Of a DNA stretch of 64,000 bases, positions 9,894-21,940 are shown piece by piece; positions within the stretch are counted from its first letter, which is position 1; each line of letters begins with the position of its first letter. Origin of the DNA: Nageia nagi. Lineage: Eukaryota > Plantae > Pinophyta. Below the pieces are notes generated by a model, which did no database searches, was not told where the DNA came from, and worked only from the letters and a program-made list of their open reading frames with translations. The position numbers and the translations under genes are program-made. The DNA lies in NCBI GenBank assembly GCA_050084985.1, contig JBITNC010000001.1:42098001-42162000 (forward strand). Direction: 5' to 3'.

Positions 9894-12874
9894 ATGGTTG
9901 AAACCTTCATACCCAAGCATATACTCGACAGTTCTAACTTCGGCATATGGGAACCTCGTATGAGAGTAGAGTTACAAGCAAGGAAGCTATAGCAGATAGT
10001 TAATGAAGATCTGGTCGCTCCTACAGATGAGAAGGCACTTGAAATCTACAACTCAAAGAATGAGTTAGCAACTTCAATGATCTATCATGCAGTTTCAGAT
10101 GACATCCTTCTCATGATCTCTTCTTCGACATCAGCAAAAGAAGCTTGGGATAGACTGAAAAAAAATTACCTTAGATCAAAATTTTCAAGGAGGTTCACCA
10201 TTCTATAAAAGTTGCTACAATATCGTCAAGGTGAAGATGAAAGTGCTTCTATCTACTTAAATAAAATCATTGACCTCAAGATAAAGTTGGTTGACTGTGG
10301 GTGCAATTGGATCAATGATGAGTTCATGGTCTTCATCATTCTTCAAAGCCTCTCTACAAAGTTTAGTAACTTTGTCACAGTTATGAAGACTAGGCTCAAT
10401 GATGAAGAAGATGTCATCTCTCTTGACAACCTTTCTAGACTCCTTCTGAAGCATGAGGAAACTTTGAACAAGAAAATGTTGAACTTTTCTCCAAAGGATA
10501 ATAGCATTGCTCTAGGAGCAACCAAAACTCCTTTCAAGAAGACATTCAAACATTATAAATTCAAAGATAACAAATCCTCATCTACCATCAGGAAGCACGG
10601 CAACTTCAAGAAAAGGAATGACAAAGCTGGATCAAGCAAACCAACACCGCAAGAAAAGTTTGATGGAAATTGTAACTTTTGTGGCATCTTTGGGCATAAA
10701 GAGTATGATTGTCGTAAAAAGAAATTTGCTCAAAAAGGCAAGGGAAATGCAAATGTGAGAAATTTCAATAATAAAAAGAAGAACAAGCATGCTGCTACTG
10801 TTGCCTACTACTTAATGACTCAAACTATTTCAAATGATTGGATTGTTGATTCAGGATGCACTAATCACATGTGTTATGAAAAGGATAAGTTTGAAAACTT
10901 TCATAAGTATAACAAGGATACAGTTGTGATAGGTGATAATACAGTTCTTGATGTTCAAGGAATAGGGAATGTGAAGATTCATGGAAAGGCTCTTGATAAT
11001 CTTTTTTATGTGCCTAAGCTAAGGAAACTAGATAAAAGATCAGAAAAATGCATCTTTGTGGGATATGATAATCAGCATAGAGGTTACAGGCTCTACTCCT
11101 CATCCCATAAAACAGTCTTTATTTCTAAGGATGTCAAGTTCAATGAACTTCCTGAGAATATGACTTCTCATGCTGAGGTGTCTGATTCAGATGATTCTTC
11201 GCCTACACCTAACTAGTTGGATGATCATGTAGGGAAGTCACCATAAGAGCAAAATTCTCCAGCTTAGAGAATTACAAGAAGTATGACCTTGAATAAATCC
11301 TTATTTTCCAAAATTGATAATATGAATGAGCCATCAACATTCAAAGAAGCTTCCAAGCAAGAGTGTTGGATGGAAGCTATGAAAGTTGAGTATGAGGCGC
11401 TTATGAAAAATGAAACTTGGGATTTGGTTCCTTATCCCAATGAGAAAAACGTGATTGGAAATAAATGGATATACAAGGTCAAGTACAATTCTGATGGAGA
11501 AATTGAAAAATACAAAGCAAGGTTAGTGGCCAAAGGATTCACTCAGAAATATGGTATTGATTATAAGGAAACCTTTGCACCTGTGGCCAAGATGCCTATT
11601 GTCAGGATAATCCTTGCTCTTTCTGCAGCTCAAGGTTGGAAAGTTTTTCAACTTGATGTCAAGAGTGCATTTCTCAATGGTGACTTGGATGTAGAAATCT
11701 ACATGAATCAACCAGAAGGATTTATTCCAGAAGGAAAAGAATCTCTTGTGTGCAAGCTAAAGAAGTCTTTGTATGGACTTAAACAAGCACCTAGAGCATG
11801 GTACAAGAAAATTTCAAGATTCTTTGCAGATATTGGTTTTTCCAAGTGCTTCTCTGACTCAGATCTCTATGTACTCAATCAAAGAAAAGATGTGGTATTA
11901 ATTCTCTTTTATGTGGATGATCTTCTCATAACTGGCAATAATATTGAAATCATCCAAGAGTGCATATCCAAACTGAAGGCAACATTTGAAATGACTGATA
12001 TGGGTCTATTGCATTACTATCTTGGGATGCAAGTATACCAACACAAAGATTGTACTTATCTTAGTCAATCTAAGTATATATCAGATATCTTGCAAAAGTT
12101 TGGAATGGAGGAGTGTAGATATACCGTAATACCTGTTTCTCCTGGAATCGTTGTATCATTGAGCTCAGATTCTCAGTTGGCTGATGCTACAGCTTATAGG
12201 TAATTGATTGGTAGTCTTCTGTATCTGACTATCTCTCGACCTGATATTGCCTTTGCAATGAATCTGATGGCACGATTCATGCAAAAACCATATGTTGAAC
12301 ACCTCAATGTTGTTAAGCAAATCTTGAGGTATGTGGTAGGGACAAAGGATCTTGCTCTTAAGTATTCCAAAGTGCCCTCGATTATTCTCTCAGGGTTCTC
12401 AGATTCTGATTATGGGGGTGATAGAGATGATAGAAAATCAACCTTTGCATATGTGTTCAGCATTGGTTTAGGTGCTATCTCTTGGGCTTCCAAGAAGCAA
12501 CCTACTGTGACTCTTTCTACCACCGAAGCTGAATATCGAGCCATGTCTGTTACCGCCCAAGAAGCTATTTAACTGAGGCATATTCTGAATGAAATTGGGT
12601 ATAAGCAAAATGGCCCATCTCTTATTTCTTTAGACAATCAATCGGCTATCTCTTTGGCTAAGAATCCTGTGTTCCATCAGAGAACCAAACATGTGGAAAT
12701 CCAAGCCCATTTTATCAGGGAGAAGGTTCTAGATGACATCATACACTTGGAGTATTGTCCATCTACTGAAAACTCTACTGATTTATTCACCAAGCCCCTT
12801 CCTAAAGCTTAATTCAACAAGCTTAGGGATTCTCTCGGGTTGGTGAAGTTACCCTCAAGGGGGAGTGAAGTTTG
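9894..12874 (+). pseudogene. Copia-1 gag-pol (Gag, zinc knuckle, protease, RT, RNase H; integrase missing; several in-frame stops)
   Basis: ATG 9894 MVETFIPKHILDSSNFGIWEPRM; CNFCGIFGHKEYDC knuckle; WIVDSGCTNHM protease; RT with QLDVKSAFLNG and LFYVDDLL; RNase H FSDSDYGG...STTEAEY...RTKHVEI. Confidence 0.92.
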
Positions 12875-12922
12875 AACTTTTGTTAGTGATGACAACTTCA
12901 CCTCTAAGAGGCCTTTTTTGAT

Positions 12923-13315
12923 TGTACATTCTATACCTCCATGGTAAGTTTGCTCTGCATGATAAACTTGTTGTACAATTGTTGTTATAGAGTGTTGATT
13001 ATTTTATACCTCCGTGGTAAGTTTGCTCTGTGTGACAAACTTGTTGTACATATTTATACCTCCGTGGTAAGTTTGCTCTGCGTGACAAACTTGTTGTACA
13101 TTTTATACCTCTGTGGTAAGTTTGCTCTGCGTGATAAACTTATTGTACATTTTATACCTCCGTGGTGAGTTTGCTCTGCATGAGAAAATCGTTGTACAAA
13201 TTTTTGAGCATATAATTAATATACCTCCATGGTAAGTTCGCTTTGCGTGACGAACTTGTTGTACATTCTATACCTCCGTGGTGAGTTTGCTTTACGTGAG
13301 AAACTCATTGTACAA
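12923..13315 (+). repeat. Array of 7 ~49-bp hairpin-forming repeats in the Copia-1 3' UTR
   Basis: Unit TATACCTCCGTGGTAAGTTTGCTCTGCGTGACAAACTTGTTGTACA starts at about 12932, 13005, 13055, 13104, 13153, 13220 and 13269. Confidence 0.9.
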
Positions 13316-13797
13316 TTTTTATGCTCTATTAATAATCAACACATGTCTATATACAACAGGTGACTATGAGTGATGGCTTGGCATCTCTGTGATGACTTAT
13401 AGTGCACCATTAATCAGTTATTTATAAGATGGCATTATTTGATTCTTTTATTTGAATATATGATGCATCTAACTGATTTTGTTCATGAGTTGCTTGTAGC
13501 ATGCAGGATCTTCTTCAGAAATGCAGGTTACTCACCTTGTGAAAGCAAGCTCATGGAGACTCACATGTCAGCTTAAAGTTGATCGACTACTATGTACAGT
13601 GAAACCAGTTGTGGTTAATGATTGTATTGTAAACCATTTTGTCAAATGGTAATGTAGTGAGTCTCATACTAGTTCTCAAAAATATTCTCAAATATGTATA
13701 TGTTCTCATCTCCACTTGTATTTCTATGGAGGAGAACTCTCTCTTACTCTCTCTCTTCTCTCTTCTACGCTCTATCCCAATATTGCATTAAGGGGAG

Positions 13798-14271
13798 TGT
13801 TAGAATTTGTAATGAAATATTGTGAATATCTAAACTCCTTGTAAGTTCAATTAATCACTTAAAGGATATGTAGATACCTTAAGGGATTAATTGAATTCTT
13901 TATTATGTGGACTTTGACCTTACCATGGGGTTAGTTGGTAGGTTAAAGTTAGGTCATACATTAATTGTAACCCTAACCTTACCTTTGGGTTAAAAGGAGG
14001 TTAGGGAGGTGCTCTCAAACTATAAATAGAGGGCCTCTCCTCTTGTAACATATCTAAGTTTTGGAGTAAGATTACTCTACTAGTTTGTGTAGGAGAGGAA
14101 GAGAATAGTTGTAAGAGGGGCATACTTGAGAATTGAGATACTAGTTGTGGATGTACTCCCAAGGAGGCAGGAACCACATTACACTTGTGTTATCTTATGA
14201 ATGGTGTTATGTTGAATGATTGAGCTTCCTAGTCTTGGACCTTGAGGATTAGAGTAGTGCTAATTCTCTCA
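13798..14271 (+). repeat. Copia-1 3' LTR
   Basis: 474-bp near-identical copy of 5903..6378, preceded by a PPT and followed by TSD CTAGG. Confidence 0.95.
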
Positions 14272-14276
14272 CTAGG

Positions 14277-15095
14277 GAAGGGCACAAATTCATCATCACA
14301 ACCATAAAAAAAATTCAATAAGTGGGTGATATCATTCACATGGTGTTAATAAAAGTAAAAAAGATAATTGATTTCTTTATAAAGAATATCATTACTAGGT
14401 TTGACATGTCATCTCAAATTTTCATACATAATGGGTCTAACCTAATAGTAGGAAAGGAAATAATTTTTGAACAAACTCATGTTGAGAAAAACAATTCCAA
14501 TTCTTACCACCTCGAAGGTAATGGTCAAGTAAAAGCAATAAATAAGACCATTATTAACATCCTTTCCAAAATAGTTACAAAGCATAGAAAATATTGACAC
14601 ACTCTACTTCCATATACACTTAAGGTACATAAGATAAACATAAGGAAAACTATAGGAGACACATTATACTATTTTATGTATGGTAATGAGGTAGTTTTAC
14701 CCATTGAATTAAAGATCATATGATTAAGAATCTCACTTCAAATACTTATCCTGGATGAGCAAGTAAGAAAAGTAAACATTGTAATAATTGGAGTAAATTG
14801 ATAAAAGGAATATCAATGCAATAAAGCATATAAGGATGTATCAAAATAAAAATAAGAAATCCTATGGTAAGAAAGGAAAACCTAAGGAGTTCCAAATTGG
14901 TGACTTGATACTCATAGAATATCATAAAAAGATAAATGTAAATAATAATCTCATGAGCAAGTTTGAACCAAATTATATTAGTCCTTATGTCATCATGGAG
15001 AAGTATCGATTAAGGTATATAAACTTACCAACATGGAAGGAAAAGAGAAGATAAAATTAATGAATGTTATGCATGTTAAGAAATTATTTGCATAA
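14277..15095 (+). mobile_element. Degenerate Ty3/Gypsy integrase core and C-terminus (continuation of 5150..5897)
   Basis: GHKFII..., IKNIITRFDMSSQIFIHNGSN...NSYHLEGNGQVKAINKTII, EFQIGDLIL...KFEPNYISPYVI resemble Gypsy integrase motifs (Tat/Ogre-like, inferred). Confidence 0.75.
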
Positions 15096-18000
15096 ATTAA
15101 ATTAGCATGTATCTTAGAATCAACTTAGAAAATTAGACAAAGAAAGATAAAATACATATAGTCTTGGAAGATCTAATTTTAATTACATATTATTTCAAGC
15201 AAAAATAGGCTAACCTTAGCGTTGTACAATAAGGAAAGGCTATTCTTAACACTATTTTTGAAGTAAATTTAAGGTTAAAAAATTAGATATTTTTTCTCAA
15301 TATGAACATGCTAGTTGCATGCTTAATTTTTCAATTTGGTTAATTTTTTAGCTCAAAAATATGATTTTACCTCTTGCCAAATAGTTGTAAAATTCATCTA
15401 CAAAACATATAAAAGTTATCATCATAACCAAGTAAGAATACTTTAATTTGAAAGAAGCTCAAAAAATCAATGGATTCAATCTCAACTCTATTCAAGGGTA
15501 TATAGTGGTAAGTTTGGAGGCTTTCTTACCATGGAACAAGGTTGAACTCAACCTTGCAATAGTTATAAAAGATTGAATATCACCTTGTTTTTAGGTTATT
15601 TTCAAAAAATGAAAGTAGTGGGCACCTTCTCTCAAGCTTAAAAGGTCAATTTCATACTTACTTTCTTAGTTTTGGTAGTTTTTAGCTAGAAAAAAAAAAG
15701 ACTTTATCCTCTTATCAAAATTGCAAAAATCATCAATAAGAAATGAAATATTAATTTAAAATAAATAAATAATATTTTAGTTCATCATTAATATCTTAGA
15801 AAATGAAGGGTATAAGTAATCTCATCTCGATTCAAGGGTTTACTAAGGTAAGTTTGGAGACTTTCAAACCCTTTAACAAGGTTGACCTCAACCTTGTAAC
15901 AATAAGATATGGTTGACATTAGCCCTATTTTTGAATAATACCAATTTTTTTTAAAAAAGAAGTACCTTTCTCGTGTTTTAAGAGGTGGTTTTTTCCATTT
16001 TTAGATTAAAACAAGAAATTTCCAAATTAGAAAGAGGCCATTTTTGGTCATAATTTTTTTCAAAAATATGAAAAAAATAAATCAATTAATCAACTATAAA
16101 AAAAAATCTATACAAACTAAGAAGAGAAAAAATTGACTCGAAAAGAGAAAAATCAAGAAAGATATGCAAGTTTTAAGTCAAAATTATGACCTATATAGAA
16201 GGCAACTTAGGAGGCTCTCATAATTTGCCCATCTTTCCTTATCTCTTATTTATAATCATCTTATTTTTTTTCTATTGTATTTCAAGAACATGATGTAAAA
16301 GACATAAAAAAAAACTACCCAAAATATCTTCATCCAATAATTTTTTGAAGGTTTAAAACTCCACATGGTAAAATTCAAGTGTATCATTTTTTTCTTACAA
16401 AAGATCTTCAAATTTCATTGAAAGATATCATTTATTAAAATATCATGATGAATATAACCAATATCAATGCTTTTTTCAAGTTATTTCAATAATTTCAATT
16501 TTTTTACCCTTTTTGATCTTTGGAGCATTTTAAGAGTCATCATGGTAACCCCATGATCAAATCATATCACTAATCATCTCCTTGAGTGTTTTCATGCTTA
16601 CACAAAAGTTGATGAGAATTTAAGATGTCGATTAATGCCACATATTCATTCGAGGCATGTTCACTTCTCTATTTGATCTAAGTTGGGGTAAGAATAAATT
16701 ATCTATGCATTCACTTCATGATGATATTTGTGAGACCATTATAAATCATTTGGGTAGATGATTTTTCCTCCTAGATAATCATTTTGATTTGTGCTTACTT
16801 TAGTGATTCATGATTACTAGTTATATTTTCATAGTCATATCTTATAGTACACATTTATTCAATTCAACAAGATCATCATGCTCTTTATAGTTTTTTTATG
16901 ATATGCCACGATTATCATTTCATGTGTATTACCTAACTCTTCATGTATTTCATGTTCTTCATACTTTTTTATGATGTTCACTAACAAAAGTGGTACCTAA
17001 TCACTATCAAGATTTTTTAATGTCCCCTGTAATACTTAGGATAGGCACAAATGCCTGAACTTATTTTTAATTTATTTTTAAAAGTTCATTATTTTCTTTG
17101 AATCCCTTGTTCACATAGGTTTGCAAGAAATTTGAAGTACGAAAGTCTAAGCTCGTGATATTTGCCAAGATCATCATCTTTTCAAGGAAGTATCTTCAAA
17201 GGTGGTAATATTTTTTCCTTTTCGTACTTTGTAAATAAAGTCTTGGTTCCCTCCACTATATATTTAAAGAAGGAAAACTAGAAAACATCTAATTTTAATT
17301 TTTCATCTATTTAAAATTAAAATTTAGGTATCTAAAATGAATTAATTTATAAAGGATAGTTTTAATAAAGTTTATTTTTATTTCAAGATAAGGTTGGCTA
17401 ATGTGCTTTGATTTCTTTTTCAAGGTACAAAGGGAGATACTAAGATCATCTCAAATAATCAATTATCTTTGTGATCAAGTATTCTCTTCGAAAAGACTCA
17501 AGATCTCCCTCTTTGCCACATGTTTCAGCTTTTGAAGATCATCACTTCAAAGATAAGACATGAAGGAATTCATTACTAATATTTGAGAAAAAATAGCTAG
17601 CTTTTTAAGATAGAATGATTAGTTTTAAGTTGAACATGATAGATTGGACCGAAGGGCAGAGATCCTAAACTCATTGAAAAACTCCTATAATTCATAGATC
17701 TTCATAAAACTCTTAAAATAAGATTGACCTTAGATTTGCTCTTACAAGTTATTCAACTTTTAAAAGTTGCTTGGGCTATTTATTTTTTTTTTTAGCCCTT
17801 TATGTCTTCTATTTCTTCAATATAGGTATTTTGTGCATGTTTTAAGCTTCTATTTTATTTCAATTTTGATTTTGATTTTTAAAAAAGGGGAGGATGCTAG
17901 GATCTTAATCATTATCAAGGTTGATCATAACCCTTCCAAAATCTAATATAAGCATCACTCCCCTCTTCAAGTGCCTTTTGGTAAGAACTTGATGGATAAA

Positions 18001-19699
18001 TTCAAAGGGTTAGAACTTATTAAATAATATAAAGAAGTATCATTTTCTTATTTCAATTTGATATATATGTTGTATACAGGATTATGATGTTTAAATATTT
18101 GATCTTGCATCCCATCATTTGTTGTGAATTATCATATTACACCCCCTAGTCATATATCTATTCACCATTGTTAGATAAATAATATTTTTTATTATCATTA
18201 TAATAAATCATTTTAATTATCTCTAATTAGCTCTTCATTAGTTTTGATCATAGTGTTTTCATATTCATCCTCACTATGATTTATGTTTATTTAAAGATTT
18301 TATTTTAGCTTTTAGCCTAAAAGTTATACTAAGAGGGACAAGATGCTAAGGTCTTTTAGGCATATAAATCATCGACGATTGATAAGTACCTAAGGAAAAT
18401 ATATTTGTCATAATCGTAATTTTTTTTGTAAGAAGTCAAGTTCATCATAATTGTATGTGAAAATTAACTACATAATAAAACCAAAGTAATTAATATAATA
18501 TACCATGATAACAAAAAGAATAGAGATTACAAATCAATAACATAATAGAAATGTATAAAATGCATGAAGGGATATGTGTTACAAATCTATTAGTAAGGGT
18601 ACTTTAAAATATGGTATACTTTAAGGAATGTTATAATAGTTTATAAGATCTTGAAATGATCTTTAGATGTTGATATTTGACTTTCACAAATCCAAATCTT
18701 GAATCTTTAGACATTAATACTCTTTTATCTTCTATAATTTATAAGATGGTAATTGAAAAGTCAACATAAACCTTTATTAGAATAAGTGCCTACTTTGACA
18801 GATAGAATATCCTTAATATTATTCATTCCTCTTTAAGTCAAAAGTAAAAGTGAATTACTTTAGATGAAAGGCAATAATATCATATAACAATTTAATGTAG
18901 TATCATAAGTGTGGGAATAAAAATTTAAGTGGATTGTCAAATATTAGATGATAAATGATGGTAATAAAATTTCGACCTTCATTGATTTTATTTTCGTTAA
19001 TTTTGATATGCATGTTAAACACATTAAAAAGGGAAGATTTTGACCTTTATTATTTAACATACCAATAAAATTAAGTAGGACTTAAGGTGTTCTCTCTTTT
19101 AAGTTTGAATTTAAGCAAGACAAAAAGTGTTATAATGATACTTGAAATACTATAGTAATTTTCAAGATGACTTTTTTTTTGCAAGGATGGAGATCCATAT
19201 TTGGGCCCAAAGGTAAAATTAAATGATCACATTTGATTCAATTTTATTAATGATTTACTATTCTTAAAATATAACAAATAAGTCAATATAAAAATTTATG
19301 CAACAAATAAAATAATTCTAAATATTAATAATAGAGAAGAAAGAACATTGATAAAAAATAATATTAATTTTTTATTTTAATTATGTTTATGAAAAGATAC
19401 AAAGTCAATCTTATAAATTGTGCAATTTCTAAAGTACCTATATAAACATATTAAGAAAATACTTTGTTATAAGCAATAAAACTGCCATATTCAAATATAA
19501 TAATAATGCACCATGTAAAGGTTTTGATAAAACATCTAATTTATTTAGAAATATAATATTTTAATGAAATGAAATTTTACTTTTGTTTACACTAGTAGGA
19601 ATTAATTACAAGCTCATCTTAATTTAAGTTATATTTTAATCTTTTGAATCTATATTACGATGAAAGATTAATATTAAAACTATTGAAATGTATGTCTTA

Positions 19700-19870
19700 G
19701 TTATTGGTTGAGTTGGTCATGTGTTGACCTTGCTATGACCTATGTCCCGTGTTCCATTTCCAGCACGAGACATACATGCTATGTAATAGCATATTGCAGG
19801 CTGTCCGTCCAATAGATCAGTTGGTCTCCAACGGACATTAATATAATTTACCTTTACCTTTATCAAGAAA
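19700..19870 (+). mobile_element. Possible degenerate tRNA-derived SINE
   Basis: A-box-like TGGTTGAGTTGG at 19705, B-box-like GTGTTCCATTTC at ~19749 with tRNA-like spacing, and an A-rich end CTTTATCAAGAAA. Confidence 0.3.
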
Positions 19871-19941
19871 GTTGATAAGAATGAATGTTGAAATTTTTTA
19901 AATGTTAGAGATCCAAATTCAAATCTCATTACCTTTCAAAC

Positions 19942-20165
19942 TTTTTTTATTGGAAATCACCCCTTGCAGGGAATTATCCTTAGAATTAGATTTTGTGTTT
20001 AGGAGGTTCTCTTCCATCAAAGTCACCTGGGAGTCGTACCTGACCCCATCCATGCTAGTTGCATCACGACTCGACTTGCACATATCCACAACATATGAGG
20101 GGGGAGAGATTGGAACCTTGGACCTCTCTTTTTTCACTTGAGAATTTTAACTTATTGACTCCTCT
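19942..20165 (-). mobile_element. Possible degenerate tRNA-derived SINE
   Basis: Minus strand: weak A-box, B-box GGTTCCAATC (20117-20108), GC-richer body and AATAAAAAAA tail ending at ~19942. Confidence 0.35.
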
Positions 20166-20559
20166 CCAATACCCCTAACCAGGGTTGGAATTTCAAGAAA
20201 AAATGCCTATTAAAGTAAAAAAAACTACTATTAAATTTTTTCATTATCTTTCAATCTATGTTTTTGATTTTTATTTGTCTTTCATTTGTATACGCTTTTT
20301 CATTTTTTTAAGATATAAAATTATAACATTTTTTTCAATAAATGACTACAATATTATATTATTCCTTTTTGTTAAATGATTAAATTAAAATTGAAATTTT
20401 CAAGTAATACCTACAAAACATATATACTCAATTGATATTGTAACAAAAACTAATACCTATAAAACATATATACTCAATCGATATTGTTTGAAAATAACTA
20501 ATAATTACCATCATCATAACATTCTTATAATTGATAAAAACTAATGTTATCATAAGAGA

Positions 20560-21050
20560 TTTTGAAGGATATCCATCAAAGACTTGTGAAAAATTATTTC
20601 ACATTGAATAATATGGTTACGAGCGCTCTAGTCAACATGCATGTAAAATATGATAAGAGGCACAAAGCCTGCAAATTATTTGATAAAGTGCATGACATCA
20701 ATATAGTTTCATGGATCGTAGTGATTATAGATATACACAAAACATAAACACTTAAAGTTCTTTGAATTATTTGACTAAGTTATCAAAATGTATTCTCATT
20801 GATTCCAATGATCGTAGGAGTCATTGGACACATACCAAATGGAATACAAAGAAAAGGAAGTGAATCATTTGATATAATGCTCCTTCAAAATACTTCACAA
20901 CAAATTCCACTTGACAAAATACCTTAATGAAATACACTCATGGATTGTAATGAGCGTAACATTGAATAAAAGTACAACAAAATAAAATGTAAGAGCAAAG
21001 ATTGCCACTTGAGATATCATTTATAGTGCAATGATAGCTGAACGTGCAAT
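20560..21050 (+). pseudogene. Eroded PLS-class PPR gene fragment
   Basis: LKDIHQRLVKNYFTLNNMVTSALVNMHVKYDKRHKACKLFDKVHDINIVSWIVVI matches the L-S-P motif junction (IHxxxxKxGF...ALIDMYAKCG..A..LFD.M...VVSW). Weaker motifs continue to ~21050. Confidence 0.7.
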
Positions 21051-21406
21051 AGGAATATTACATTTGTTTATTGTGTTTAATGATTGAATGAAGGAGATTC
21101 CTCTAGAAAGGATATTATCACCTATACAAATATGTGAAAACTAAATACATGTTGAAAAGAAATGTATATTTATATCTTTGGATAAAAATATACTAATTCA
21201 AAATACATCTCACAATAATATTATTTAAAAAGAAATGATGAATATATAAAAAATATGTATATAGAATGTGGATTAATAAAGAATACATACAATAAAAAAA
21301 ATCTTGTTAATGATAGTAGATAACTTTGACAATTAATATATCTAGATGAAAGAAAAAACAAAATTCTCCAACGCATTTAACAAGCTATGTGGTCCTATCA
21401 GCAAGC

Positions 21407-21416
21407 AACACGTGTT
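21407..21416. promoter_or_regulatory. G-box (AACACGTGTT palindrome) upstream of GR
   Basis: CACGTG core in a perfect 10-bp palindrome ~140 bp upstream of the ATG. Confidence 0.4.
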
Positions 21417-21551
21417 CACCAGCAATAAAATTCTTCCCCCCGATACGACGAGGATAATAAGATATCTCTTTCCCACCACTGTCATCCGAATCCAAAACCC
21501 TATTCAAATTCGAACCCCAAAATACGACATTATTGTTGACAGAGAGCAGCC

Positions 21552-21940
21552 ATGACGAGCTCCATGGGGGCGCCCAGATGCGCTGCGGCACTATTTTCAT
21601 CTCAAAGTGTACAGAATTTATATTCTCCTTGTTCAATTGCTTCTATTTCATCATGGTCTGGTCTAAGGCCTCTGGCAAAAATGAGTTACAGGAGCCTTAA
21701 GATCTCTAAACACGAGGAATTCTGCCTGCAATGGCGGAAATTGAGTACGAGAGCAGAGGCTGAAAATGGAAGGGGACTGCGGAAGAAAGATGATTATGAT
21801 TTTGACTTGTTTACAATCGGAGCGGGAAGCGGCGGCGTCAGGGCCTCCAGATTCGCGGCTAATTTTGGCGCTAGGGTTGCTATTTGCGAGCTGCCTTTTG
21901 CAACTATTGCTTCTGATGAATTTGGCGGGGTCGGTGGCAC
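21552..21940 (+). CDS. GR2: GR exon 1 (transit peptide and FAD-binding start)
   Basis: [10 protein letters not shown]...[27 protein letters not shown]...GGVGG-AC|GTAAGT donor at 21941. Confidence 0.95.

Larger units (their letters stand above)
5903..14271 (+). mobile_element. Full-length Ty1/Copia LTR retrotransposon (Copia-1), integrase-deleted
   Basis: TG...CA LTRs at 5903..6378 and 13798..14271. Perfect TSD CTAGG (5898-5902 / 14272-14276). PBS TGGTATCAGAGC at 6381-6392 (tRNA-iMet). PPT AAGGGGAG before the 3' LTR. Gag-PR-RT-RNaseH ORFs in Copia order. Confidence 0.97.

Noticed and set aside
12923-13315. CRISPR-like appearance of the palindromic repeat array, and ORF 12941..13168
   Set aside because: Eukaryotic TE context, mostly contiguous units without unique spacers, and no cas genes. 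The ORF is a by-product of the repeats.
15100-19650. AT-rich region with local duplications (15470-16000) and a possible old LTR (~17020-18340)
   Set aside because: Too degenerate to define boundaries. Probably the 3' part of the old Gypsy element.
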